A stretch of DNA of 57,521 nucleotides, the filler included, from Piptocephalis cylindrospora (taxonomy: Eukaryota), in assembly GCA_003614145.1 (NCBI GenBank). It is 4 parts of 4 records of this genome, joined end to end, with 100 filler letters (N's around TTAATTAATTAA, not from the genome) between each part and the next. Parts side by side here need not be neighbours in the genome. Positions count along the whole stretch, not along the records: positions 1 to 14,370 come from KZ987921.1; positions 14,471 to 28,801 come from KZ987922.1; 2 more parts are not named here. One strand, written 5' to 3'. A program made the position numbers and the translations under genes. The notes below the pieces were generated by a model, which was given only the letters and a program-made list of their open reading frames with translations, did not search any database and was not told the DNA's origin. Shown here one piece after another: positions 11,881 to 23,434 of this stretch (the stretch's first letter is position 1; every line of letters begins with the position of its first letter).

Positions 11881-13230
11881 TTACACTGTCAGAGGGTCAC
11901 CTTCTTCCTCTTGAATCAGTCCATCAACCAGGGGAGCCTTGGTATTGGCGGGAAGGGCGACAGAGCCAATGATGGCGACAGCCAAGCAAACGATGGAAAA
12001 GATTACCCAGATCCACTCGCCGATGCTGGATCGAATGCTGAGGAAGGCAGACCCAATCAAGAAGCCTCCAACCCAATTGGCCGCTAGGCCGAGAGATTGA
12101 ACAGCGCCAGCAGCTTCAGGATCCACGAGAGCTGGGGCAGCCAGGAAGGGGATGGGGCCAAGGCCAATGGCAAAGGAGCAGACAAAGAGGATGATAGCCA
12201 CGGCCGAGACGAAAGCCCAATTAAAGGCGAGGGAAGTGGCCAGGGCAAGAAGAACGACCGAAGTGGTCAGGGAGGAGCCAACGAGTAGCTGACGATGTCC
12301 TAGACGATCCAAGAGATTGGCGGCCGCCAGGGTAACACCAACATTGGAAATGGATATGAGGAGGGAAACAAGGGCAGCGGATTTTGGGAAAACCGAGGAG
12401 AGAATGCTCGTGGAGTAGAACATGACCGCATTAATCCCCGAGCCCTGTTGACCAATCTGTAGAGCGACTGTAGTGACGAGGGCACGACGTCGGTCCGGCT
12501 GGAGGAGAGCACTGAGGGAAGTGGGGTATAAATGAGAATCCGGAGTCAAGGGGAGAAGAAAAAGCTGGCCCAAGGCAAGAAGGGCGGGGAAGAGGAGAAT
12601 ATATCGCCAGAGATTCGGCGTGGACAGATAAAGCCCAAAGATCTGAGCAAGGAGAATGCCGATAACAATGCCCAATTGATTGACTGTGCCAAAGGCACCA
12701 CGGAGGTCCGGGGGGGCAATGTGAACTAGCCAAATGGGAGCCATGACGGCCACGACACCAATTCCCATCCCGGAGAGGAATCGACCGCAGAGCATGTGGA
12801 ATGGGGTGGTGGCTAGGCCGGTGAGTAAGGACCCGGCCAAGAGGAGGATGGCGTTGATCAGGGCTACCCGTCGTCGTGAGCCGCTCACTAGTCCGGCCAA
12901 AAGGGAGCCAATTAGACCTCCAATGCTCAAGATGGCCACGATTGATGCGTACTGGGCTTCGGGCATAGGAAGACACTCAGGGAACATGGAGGGGCTAGGG
13001 TCGGAGATGGACGGCTCGGAGGCACAAGTGGTGATGACGGCCTGAGGCGAATTAAGTTCGCTAATATGAAAGCCGAATGAAAGAGGCCCCAAGGCAATGG
13101 CCAAAAGGGCAAGGCGAACACGGGCCTTGGAAGGGGCCTCCTCGATCAGCCTTGGCTCCGGGGGTTGTACCGGTGACAGAAGAGGTGTACCCGAGGAATT
13201 GGAGTGACGAGAAGTGAGACTTGTAGCCAT
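11881..13230 (-). CDS. MFS sugar porter (GLUT-like; resembles vacuolar Vps73/Ybr241c type)
   Basis: FGFHISELNSP, GRFLSG.G.G, RGAFGTVNQLGIVIGIL, QQGSGINAVMFYS, FAIGLGPIPF, ANW motifs; about 12 hydrophobic segments; intronless; likely ATG at 13230. Confidence 0.92.
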   Translation of the reverse strand: MATSLTSRHSNSSGTPLLSPVQPPEPRLIEEAPSKARVRLALLAIALGPLSFGFHISELNSPQAVITTCASEPSISDPSPSMFPECLPMPEAQYASIVAILSIGGLIGSLLAGLVSGSRRRVALINAILLLAGSLLTGLATTPFHMLCGRFLSGMGIGVVAVMAPIWLVHIAPPDLRGAFGTVNQLGIVIGILLAQIFGLYLSTPNLWRYILLFPALLALGQLFLLPLTPDSHLYPTSLSALLQPDRRRALVTTVALQIGQQGSGINAVMFYSTSILSSVFPKSAALVSLLISISNVGVTLAAANLLDRLGHRQLLVGSSLTTSVVLLALATSLAFNWAFVSAVAIILFVCSFAIGLGPIPFLAAPALVDPEAAGAVQSLGLAANWVGGFLIGSAFLSIRSSIGEWIWVIFSIVCLAVAIIGSVALPANTKAPLVDGLIQEEEGDPLTV

Positions 13231-14129
13231 TGGAGAAGGTAGGGATGAGTTGTTTTTTGTACACCTGAGCTGTTGTATGCGAGAGGAGAAGGGGGGGGGA
13301 GAGGAGAGGAACCAAAGACAGATGGACAAGGTGGGGTGGGAGGAGGTGGGAAAAGAGGGAGGAGTGGGATAGGGCTAAAAAGCTCCGCCTCCGACTCGAT
13401 AAATGGTCCTTGTTAAATACCCGCACAAATCTAATGTGGCCATGCTGCTAGGCTTGTCAGATGTTCAGATGAACGATGTACACGTATCTAGACAAAGGGA
13501 GGGATATTCTATGTAGAAGACGTTGAGGAAGGGCTAGATAGGCACACACAAGGAGGTCGACGCCATTCAGTTCTCTTTGCTCTACATCTCACTGTTTTCA
13601 GGGGCAAGTCTAGGGTTTGTATTGAGGAGAGAGTACTTCTACTGGTACAGCGCGTGATGCGGTATCCTTGCCTTATGCTTTCACGACCCATGATAGACTG
13701 ATCCTGAGAACCTTTAAATATCCACATTCCTTTCCCAACGGAAGGAAATGATGATGATCCTCATTGTAAGGGCATGCCCCACGCATGGGAGGGCTACTTT
13801 TACCTTTTGTCAAAGGAAGAGAACCTTTTAGCACGAAACAAGAAATCTAACGAGGATAATCTAGATGAGAGAGTAAACTTTTAGCTTGCAGTAAGTCAGT
13901 ATGGGCCCAAGAATGAGAGTATCAATGGGAGAAGATAAGGAAAAGGGGAGTTCGTCTTTGTTCTTAATTATAAGAGTCTTATGATGCTATCTGAATTGAT
14001 GATGATATAACTATTTTATTTTCCCCAGCGGGGTAGGCGGATGGGTATCTGAACACAGTGTCTGCTAAGATAGCTGGCATGTGTGGTACCAGGAACACTA
14101 TGCTCCCGACATTTACCCTATGCTAAAGA

Positions 14130-14370
14130 AGGGATGGATGGATACTACAGAGCCCTGAAGCCTACCTTTACCCAAAGAAATGCCCTCCACCACAAGAGTC
14201 TCTGAGAGCAATCAGGGAAACTTGGGACATGAATAATCTTTTAGTGAAGAAGTAAGGTATAAGTAGCTGGACATTCGATCCCTTTTGCATCAGTCTGAAG
14301 AATACATGTCAAATTTCCCTCCATTTTTCCATCCCCTCCTCCCTCGTGAACCCTCCCCTGATTAAGATAC
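14130..14370 (+). repeat. Degenerate dispersed repeat / gene-family relic, copy A (runs off the end of contig 1)
   Basis: Its reverse complement aligns by eye with 29041-29360, e.g. TATCTTAATCAGG.GAGGGTTC.CGAGG.AGGA and GGATCGAAT.TCCAGCTAC.TATACCT..TTCTTCA.TAAA. Confidence 0.75.
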
Positions 14371-14470
14371 NNNNNNNNNNNNNNNNNNNNNNNNNNNNNN
14401 NNNNNNNNNNNNNNTTAATTAATTAANNNNNNNNNNNNNNNNNNNNNNNNNNNNNNNNNNNNNNNNNNNN
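14371..14470. other. Artificial contig spacer N44-TTAATTAATTAA-N44
   Basis: Identical 100-nt spacer occurs three times; TTAATTAATTAA places stops in all six frames. Confidence 0.97.
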
Positions 14471-14500
14471 GGGGCAGGGCCCCTTTCGAAGAGGAGGGGA

Positions 14501-14720
14501 TATGTATGTGTGTGTATGTGTGTGTATATGTGTGTATGTGTGTGTATGTGTGTGTATGTGTGTGTATATGTGTGTATGTGTGTGTATGTGTGTGTATGTG
14601 TGTGTATATGTGTGTATGTGTGTGTATGTGTGTGTATGTGTGTGTATATGTGTGTATGTGTGTGTATGTGTGTGTATGTGTGTGTATATGTGTGTATGTG
14701 TGTGTATGTGTGTGTATGTG
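14501..14720. repeat. Tandem repeat of 10-bp unit TGTGTATGTG with 40-bp higher-order periodicity
   Basis: 22 units; variant TGTGTATATG recurs at 14521, 14561, 14601, 14641 and 14681. Confidence 0.95.
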
Positions 14721-15008
14721 TGCGCAGGGCTGGAGGAGTCTGGATGGTGCTGCTGTCTCTTCCTCTCTTCACACAGAATGATTACCATCGTCTCTTAATG
14801 GTGGTGAGAGGAGGAGCTGAGGAGGGCTGTCTTGATATTTAGGGGGGACAGGACCTCAAAAGGGAGTATGGGAGCAGCAGTCGAGCGTGAGCCACGAGGG
14901 AGGGGAGGAGAAGGATTGATTCATGTTGTTTGGAAGAGAAGAATGGAAACAAGGATGAAACAAGAGAGGGAAGAAGGACAGTGGAATCGAGTCGCCTCCA
15001 CCCACTAA

Positions 15009-15997
15009 CTAAAAGTGCTCCGGATGAAGATAGTGCAGGGAAGCACGTGTCCCTTCGGGGATGTCCTTGAGGGGGGTGAGACAGGAAGTGGAGATGATGC
15101 CCTCCACCTCCTTGAGCCCGCCGTCCCCGGCCTTGATGGCCTGGGCCAGGGCAGGAATGAGGACCAGGACGAGGGCACTAGCATTCTGGCCATTCTCCTT
15201 CATTACCTCCATGACACTAGTGACATTGACCGCTTCCTCTCCCTGTCTCCAGCAATCATAGTCGGTGGACATGCACACGGTTTGGTAGGCCAGCTGGGCC
15301 TCCCGGGCCAACTTGGCCTCAGGCAGCCCGGACATATTGATCACATCTCCGCCCCAGGCGCGGTACATGTGCGATTCCGCTCGGGTGGAGAAGGCTGGGC
15401 CCTCCATGCAGACTAGAGTCTTATCCTTGTGGACCTTCAGGGAGGGAAGGGAGTGTTTGGCGGTGTCATGGATGATCTTGGCCAGCTCTATCATGTGAGG
15501 GGCCGTGTACGATGTGTGTGAATGAGGATCGTAGAATGAGGAGGGGGGTAACGAGGGCTCACACACTTACCGGCATTGTAAGGATCAGCAAATCCGACAT
15601 GGGCAATGGCTCCCCCCTCAAAAAAGGTATGGGGACGAAGTCCCTTGGTCCGGTCAATGCACTGGGAGGGAAGGATAAAGTGGCCAGGGGCCAGCTCCTC
15701 CCGGAGACTCCCAACGGCCGAAAAGGACAGGACGACCCGGGCGCCCAGGTGCTTGAGAGCTGCGATGTTCGCCCGGTAGGGCACCTCAGTGGGGTTGAGC
15801 GTGTGGTGAAGACCGTGACGGGCGATGAAAGCCACGTAAACTCCCTCCGTCTTCACCCTGGAGATGGTGATGGGGGAGGAGGGGGCACCCCACGGGGTCT
15901 CCACCTCAAGGGTCTCCATCACCTCTAGACCCGGGAGGCTATAAAGACCCGTTCCGCCGATAATAGCGATATCCACAGGGTAGGTACTTCTGGTCAT
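15009..15997 (-). CDS. MEU1: S-methyl-5'-thioadenosine phosphorylase; intron 15570-15488
   Basis: IAIIGGTGLY, ETPWG.PS, ARHG..H, VPYRANIAALK, AVGSLRE, CMEGPAFSTRAES, INMS..PEAKLAREA, STDYDCW motifs. Confidence 0.95.
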
Positions 15998-16525
15998 GGT
16001 GGAGTGGCGGAAGGAGAGAGCGAAAGAACGAACGATGGGGAAGGGGTGATGGGTTGGAAAAAAGAAAATCCATCTACCCTGTACATATCCTCAATGAGCC
16101 CTATTCATCTTATCCTCCTCGTCGAGGGCGGAGGAGAGAGATACACAAGGGACAGAGAATAGACGCGGGAAAATGATGAAAAAATGGGCCGGGAGCGCTA
16201 CAGGATCATGGCGCCTGCCCTGATGAGAGAGATAAGGCCACAGACACGGGGCATACCCTCCTCTCTCCCACACGAAAGTAGGGTGGAAGGGCGTGCATGA
16301 GACACCCACTCAGTGAGCCCCATCCACCAATCGCACTTTGAGAGAGAACGAGGCAACATGGCAGGACCTCCCTCTCCATCATCCTCAAGTATATATCGTC
16401 ATACGCTCTTTTCCTCACGACACTGTCCCCTCCGGGGGATGGGAAGATCGGTAGAGGACGCGTATGTGTCTATTTTTGTCTCTTCCCCATGTGGGAGGTG
16501 TTCATCTCCACGACATGGAGACCTC

Positions 16526-19258
16526 CTACTGTCCCTGCAGCCCTTGGTGACGAAGGAGGTGGTTTACCGAGGCATCGGACCTGCCCCGAAAGGCCTTCCA
16601 CACCTCATGAGGATCGGTGCCCCCACCAAGAGACAGTACGGTATCCCGGTATCTCTGACCCACCTCCCTCCTCCCCTCACCCTGATCGGAGTCTGCCTCC
16701 TCAAAGGCAGCATACCCATCAGAGGCATAGACCTCGGACCACTTGTAGCTATAGTACCCAGCACTGTATCCCCCAGCAAAGATGTGGGAGAAGGAGCAAA
16801 GGAAGCGGTCCTCTGGGATCCTCTCGATCAGACTAAACTTTTGGGACACCTCCTTATCGACCGCAAAAGGCTCTTGATCATCCAGGGGGGCCTTGGCGTG
16901 AAGGGCCAAGTCCACATTAGAAAATTGGAGCTATGTGATTAGGCCAGAAGGGAGGGAGGGGGTGAGAGAAAGGCATTCATGGCATACATCAGCACGGCGC
17001 TACAACTCACCTGACGCAGCGTATCCATCCCCGCCAGGAATTGCCTTTCCTTTTGCAAGGCCTTGATCATATCCAAGGGCATGGGATCTCCGGTCTCATG
17101 GTGTCCAGAGAGACGTTGAAGGGTGCTGGGTTCATAGCAAAAGTTTTCCATCAACTGCGATGCCACCTCCACAAAGTCCCTACAGAGGGGGTTCAGAGGA
17201 GGATTGCAATGCTTCGACACCACCCAGACTTACCATTCAATTCCATTGACCCCAGCTGCTTGAGGATGGTCCACACGGGTGAGAATCTACTCATTCCAAA
17301 GGGGCTCATGAGCCTAGCCACACTCAAGCGAACCCTTCCCCCCATACATGTGGAGCTACTGACATGTTGAAGACAATGGCCAAACTCGTGGAAAAGGGTC
17401 AAGACGTCGGAAAACTTCATCAAGGACACTCCGGTATCCGCATTTGGCCTAGACTGATTGCAGATGAGGTAGGCTACGGTGGGGAAAAAAAGGGTCAGCC
17501 CCGCCTTCATATGCTCTCCCTTGTCTTTTGTATATCATCCCGAGTCGTCCTTACAAATTGGGAGACGCAAATTCCCTTGAGTATCCCGTCGTCGGGTGGA
17601 ACATACATCCATCCATGCCCCCGACCGCTTGTTCTCTGGTCGACTACATTTCCCTAAGTATTAGGACCACATCACAGCTCAGTCCGTCCTATCCTGGATC
17701 CAGGTCTTACCTGTAGAAATCGCCGTAAAAATAGGCGACCACTTGACCAGCCTCACGAACCTCATACAGTCGAACATCCGGATGCCAGAGGCTTACCCCA
17801 AGCTCGGCATACCGGGAGGACGGGACCTGGGACACCTCGACCCCAAAGAGCTCCCGAGTCAGGTCAAACATGCCGAGGATGACACGGTCAAAGGAAAAGT
17901 ACTTGGAGATTTCCTCTTCCGAGTACCGCGTCTCCCTTTTCCTTAGCGCCTCCCTGGCCAACGCTGTATCCCAGGGTCGGAGAGGCGTGGGCAGAGAGAG
18001 GTGTTCAGTGGCAAAGGCCTCCAATCTGCTCAACTCCCCCTTGGCCTCCTTGTGCACCGAGGCGTACAGCTGATCCAAGAGAGCCTTGGGTCCTGTCTTG
18101 GCCATCTTGGTCTGCCGGCTCAAAACGGCATAGTTGGGGTACCCCACCAGCGTGGCCATCTCTAACCAGAAAGGAAACATGAGTCCAAGGGTAATCAGAG
18201 TACAATACCGCCTCACCCCGCCCACCACTGCACGAACCATGACGCAGGGCCAGGATCTTGGGGATGAGCTTGGCATTCTCTGGGGCCTTGGTCACGTTGG
18301 CTCGGTACACTTGCTCACGTAGGGCCTGATTCATGCATGTCTCCATGAAGGGCACAAGGATGGGCTGCTCCAGGGTGATGGCCCAGGGCCCAGCCTTGCT
18401 CGTGGCCTCGGGATGCCCATGGGATCTGGCATTCCCCGCCAGGGTCTCACGAAGAGACTCAGGACATCCAGCCAAGTCAGTGGGATCGCGCACAATGTGG
18501 ACATAGGCCTTGATGGCGTCCAGGAGGTTGTTGGAGAAGGTCAGGGACAGCTCACCCAGCTGACCCTTGACCTCGGCAAACCGCTTGGCCTGCTCAGAAC
18601 CCTCGGCTAGGTCTACCCCCGAGATCTGCATCTCGACCAGACGGTTCCGCATGATCCTACGCTGTGTCCCCGTCAGGGACCCTGCAGCCTCCGAGTCCAG
18701 CTGCTGTCGTAGCACTTGATACAACTGGGGGGATCGACCCATGCGAAGACCTAGTCGGATGAGTTTCGGTTGAATGACCCGAAGGGCCTCCCGGACCTTG
18801 GCCGTATCCCGCACCCCACTCAGATGCTGTACGATTCCAAAGGCATACTCCAATCGCATTTCCAGGCTTTCCAGGGCCCCGAGGGAGCCTTGCCAGGTGG
18901 GGGTGAGTGTCGGTTCCAGCTGGGTGAATTCTTGCTCCACTTCCTTGACTAAACTTTCCAGATCCGGGAGGATACGATCTTCGTTCAACCCCTCAAAATC
19001 AGGGAAGAGACTCAGAGATCGGAGAGGCCCAGTCTCAGCCTGATGCCCAGGGGAAGATGAGGTGACGGTGGCCATGGCACGGACGACACGGGACGAAAGG
19101 GTCTGGGTCAAGTGACCCAGAGGCCTATTGAGGGCGCGAGTCGAAGTGCTCTGGCTGAATAATCTGGAGACCGCACCTAGCCTTGGTAGGGCTTGAGACG
19201 GGCGGGTCCGGCCTTGCAAGCCCACGGCCCTTCCAAGTCGACTTGTCATTCGCAGCAT
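16526..19258 (-). CDS. M3A metallopeptidase, oligopeptidase A (OpdA/PrlC/organellar OOP) type, with predicted mitochondrial presequence (multi-exon)
   Basis: Zn motif TLFHEFGHCLQH, then DFVEVASQLMENFCY and FLCSFSHIFAGGYSAGYYSYKWSEV. The first about 60 aa are Arg/Ser/Leu-rich with no acidic residues. Confidence 0.9.
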
Positions 19259-19912
19259 GCTAATTCTTTATGGAGGCGGCGTAATCAGGCTATGTGGTGG
19301 GAGAAAAGGAGGGAGGGGGTGTATTTGGGGGCGAGGATCCTATGTGTGGGGAGACGCGTTATCCTCCGTGTATGACCCGAGCATGACACACACATACACA
19401 CACATACATATCCCCTCCTCTTCGAAAGGGGCCCTGCCCCCGTGTGGCATGGGCGTCTCCTCCCCTCACCCTATTGCCGGCCTCTATAGAGCCTGTCCCT
19501 GCCCCATTCCCTCCTGCCCTGTATAGAGAGGCGGATCTCATCGTCTCCCACCGCCAGGGCTTCGGCGTTGTTCTCAAAGTGGTGGGCACTATAAAGTGAC
19601 ACTGGGAAATCATCCATCTCCCCCGCTCGCCTCTGGTAGGATCATAAACGTCCTCTTACCTCCGCCGCTGGTAGGATCATCTAAGCCTTCCTCCTATCCC
19701 CACCCCCACCCCCACGCCTCCTCTCCTTCTCCGACGCTCCTTCCTTCCTCCCCTCCCCTCCTTCCCCCCATCTCCCAAGGGAACCCCTACTCCCACCATC
19801 CTCCTCCTCTCCCACCATCCTCCTCCTCTCCCACCGTCCTCCTCCTCTCTCCCCCTCCCTATTCAAAGGCATCTCGACCACAGCTGCCGTCCCTTTCCCC
19901 CTCTGTCGCACC

Positions 19913-21294
19913 ATGACCTCGTCATCCTCATCGTCACGACTAGCCCCCCTAGGACAGGACTACGGGGGAGGCCGTCGACCACTTACCTCCAATAGGTCAC
20001 CAGCTCTCTCTCCCTCCACCCCCACCTCCTTTACCTTTCCAGAGCTCTCCTCCTCCTTTGGCTCACTCTCCTCCTCCTCCTCCTCCACCACCTCTTCTCG
20101 ATCCCTCCCGCATTCCCCATCGGCCCATATGGTCATGGATCGCACCCCGGACACCTCCTTTATCCAGTCCATGGACGAGGCCGACGCTTCCTTTCTTCGC
20201 AAGTGCGATCAAGGAGGGAGGGACATCGAAGAGGAGGAGGAGGAGTCAAAGGAGGAGGAAAGCGGAAGGGGGGATGGAGAGGAGACCGAACAAAATGGCC
20301 ATGAGGAATACAGGGTCGTGGTGGATGATGAGTATGTCGACACGAGCCATTCCTCGTCTGATCCCACCACCACTGTCCTCTCCACCTCCACCACCCTCTC
20401 CACCACCACCACCAACTCCTCCACCTCCTCCACCTCCTCTGATCCCATCCGAATCCCCTCTCTTCCTCACCATCATCTAGAGCATCCTCTAGAGGAAGAT
20501 GAGGAGGACTACCTTCCTACCTGGGAGTCCGAAGGCGATTATCTAGAGGGCGAGTCAAGGTGTGCCCAGGCCGTCAAAGATCTCTACACAAGTGAACGCG
20601 CCTACGTCAAGGCCCTGAAACGCACGCACGGCCTATACGCCCGTCCCTTACGGGACCATGTGGTCCAACAGATTCATCTCCGCGCTAAGGCTGGCCGAAG
20701 GAAGGGAAAGGCCCTCGGTATGGAGGCCACCGAGGAGGATGTCATGATCATCTTTGGTCCTGTCGAGGACATCCTTGTTGCCCATGACAAGCTTCTCAAG
20801 GGGCTTGATGAGAGGGACTTGGAGGGTGAGTCCACCGAGGGCATCACGAAAGCCTTTCAAGTCTTGGTACGTAATCTACTCTAGGAAGATGATTGCCCCT
20901 CCCCTAAGAAGACGCACTCACTCCCCCCCTCCTCCCCCTCCTCTTCCTCAGGTCCCTGCCTTTAAATATTACCGTCGTTACGCCAGGAACCATCCAAGGG
21001 CCCTAGGAACCCTGGATTGGCTATCGAGAAGGTCGGTCCCCTTTTCAAAACACCTAACCACCCTATCCAAGAACTGGACTTCCAAGGGCTCCTTCAACAT
21101 CCTTGCCTGTCTTCTCCAACCCATCGAGCGCTTTCCCTATTATGCCGCCTTTCTCAATACCCTTGTGCGATGGACTCCACCTGGTCATGCGGATATGGAG
21201 GGTCTAGCCGAGCTTGCTCAAATCTTTGATCAAGGCCTTTCCGGGGTGCTGAATGTGTAAGTGGCGCTTCTCTTCCCTTTCTCTTTTCCCTCCC

Positions 21295-21336
<42 letters not shown>

Positions 21337-21841
21337 CTTCCGTCCTAAACTCACCCCGCCCGATAGAATGCATGAAAGCGAAGCTCATCTTCAGGTCTTG
21401 GATGTCCAGGCTAATCTTCATGGACTTCCGGAACCCTTGGCCACCGTACGACGTAGACTCGTTTACCAAGGAAGGGGCCATCGGGTTCACGCCATCACCA
21501 AGGATAAGGAGCCCCTGGTCATACTCCTCTTTGATGACTGCATGCTCTGGGTCAAGGAGAGCACGAGTAAAGGCCTGACCTTTCGGGGCAAGATGATGCT
21601 TCGAAGGCCCGTGGTCACAGCCATCAGCCCTAATGAGGGGTATGGCTGGTGCTTTGCCCTTCAAAATGATGGCCGTACCGAGATCTGGTCCCTGAGCTCC
21701 GAGGAGGAACGGGAGGGCTGGATCTTCATGTTAGAGGATGTCCTTGGCAAGGCCTGTCAAAGATCCTCCACCGAGGTCAAGAGGGTCCTCGGATCTGCTC
21801 AGGAGCAAGCCGTCATGACCGATATGGATAGGATACTCTAG
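19913..21841 (+). CDS. Rho guanine nucleotide exchange factor (DH-PH); introns 20867-20951 and 21257-21366
   Basis: DH motifs DLYTSERAYVKAL, IIFGPVEDIL..H..LL, FKYYRRY..N, LLQPIERFPYY..FL..L...TPPGH.D, followed by a PH domain (LVYQG, ILLFDDCML, S.EEREGWI). Confidence 0.85.
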
Positions 21842-22482
21842 CTGGACGATCGCCCTCCACCGCCATTGTGATTGATCAAGTGTGTGTATTTTATCCTGCC
21901 TTGGTGCAAAAAAAAAAGGGGATAGGTAGGAGAATGGCATGGTTGATAGTTGATATCCTAGAGGATGTAGCGCGGCCTGAGACTAGGTGAGGAGAGTCAA
22001 GATGATGGCGTTGTTGATTGATCTTAAAGAAGCGGGGAATTTAAAGTAATTTTCGAACATTGAATTCTTGTCCTGTGCCCCCGTTGTATTATGATCAGAT
22101 GTGTGCTGGGTGTGTTGTTTAAACCAACCAACGAAAATACTACTCCCTCCTCCCCATTTAGAATGTCCTATCCCTTGGCTGTGAGAAGGACCTGGTACTT
22201 TTCACAGCATATGGAGCTGTGTGTGAGCAGACTAGTGTCAGCTAACTACGTGTGTGCTGTGTGTGTGGGCCATACCACACGCACCGTACCCCCACCACAC
22301 TGCGCCCAGCCCCACCAGCCTCGCCGTACAAGAAGCAATACACGCCCCAGACACCAAGCCAAACTCCCATCCTAGGGTTTCCCCCTCTTTCAGCTTCCAT
22401 CGGTCGTCGACTTTGTGCTTCCTCCATCCGTGTGTCAAGCTAAATCCCCTTTCCCCCCCCCCAATCCATCCATCCATCCATC

Positions 22483-23087
22483 ATGGTAAGCGATATAAGT
22501 GTCTAGGATCGGTCGGGAGAGCGCGGTGGATGGGATGGGTCATCTTCCTCATGGGTCGTGAGCACACCATCCCCATACATCATCATCACCATCATCATCA
22601 TCATCCCATCTCACACATCCCCCCATCTCATCAGTCCAAGAAGGCCGGAAAGAAGGTTAAGGTTGAGGAGAACATCACCCTCGGTCCCAAGGTCCGTGAG
22701 GGAGAGCTCGTCTTTGGCGTTGCCCACATCTTCGCCTCGTTCAACGACACCTTCATTCACGTCACCGATCTCTCTGGTCGCGAGACCATCTGCCGTGTTA
22801 CCGGTGGTATGAAGGTCAAGGCTGATCGTGATGAGTCTTCCCCCTACGCCGCCATGTTGGCTGCCCAGGACGTCTCTGTCCGCTGCCGTGAGCTTGGCAT
22901 CACTGCCCTCCATATCAAGCTTCGGGCTACCGGTGGTAACGGTACCAAGTCCCCTGGTCCCGGTGCCCAGTCCGCCCTTCGCGCCCTTGCCCGTGCCAAC
23001 ATGAGGATTGGTCGCATTGAGGATGTCACCCCCATCCCCACCGATTCCACTCGCCGCAAGGGTGGTCGTCGTGGTCGTCGTCTGTAG
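22483..23087 (+). CDS. RPS14: 40S ribosomal protein S14 (uS11); ATG-only first coding exon, intron 22486-22634
   Basis: [65 protein letters not shown]; splice ATG|GTAAGC..CAG|TCC. Confidence 0.98.
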
Positions 23088-23434
23088 ACGCGCATGCGTG
23101 CCTGTGTGTGTACACCTCTACACCCTGCATCCTTCCTTGGGGGAGAGTGGTTGGTGGGGGGAATCCTGGCGGCGTGTGGCTGGATGGTGGATCGGGAGAT
23201 TCCCTCTCTTTTCCCCACATCCCATCCCACTCCCCATTCCCTCATCCACTCTTTATACATACCCTGTATGGCTGCGACGTGGTGGCAGGGACGTGCCTCC
23301 GACCCACCCTATCCACTGCTACTCCGGACGCCCGCGGGCCCGACAAGGGTCTCCCATACAGTTTGTTTTCCCTATTATGATCTCACAGTAGTCGTGTTGT
23401 TGATGAGAGTAAAGACAGTGTTCATTAATGATTC

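Noticed and set aside
14415..14426. TTAATTAATTAA palindrome repeated three times (PacI-like or piggyBac TTAA sites)
   Set aside because: Always centred in identical N runs; an artificial spacer.
14419..14842. HT-rich and CV-rich ORFs
   Set aside because: Translations of the TG microsatellite; the array has no unique spacers, so it is not CRISPR either.
22254..22634. N-terminal extension with poly-His on the RPS14 ORF
   Set aside because: Read-through of the leader and intron ((CAT)n tract); the true start is ATG 22483 followed by an intron.
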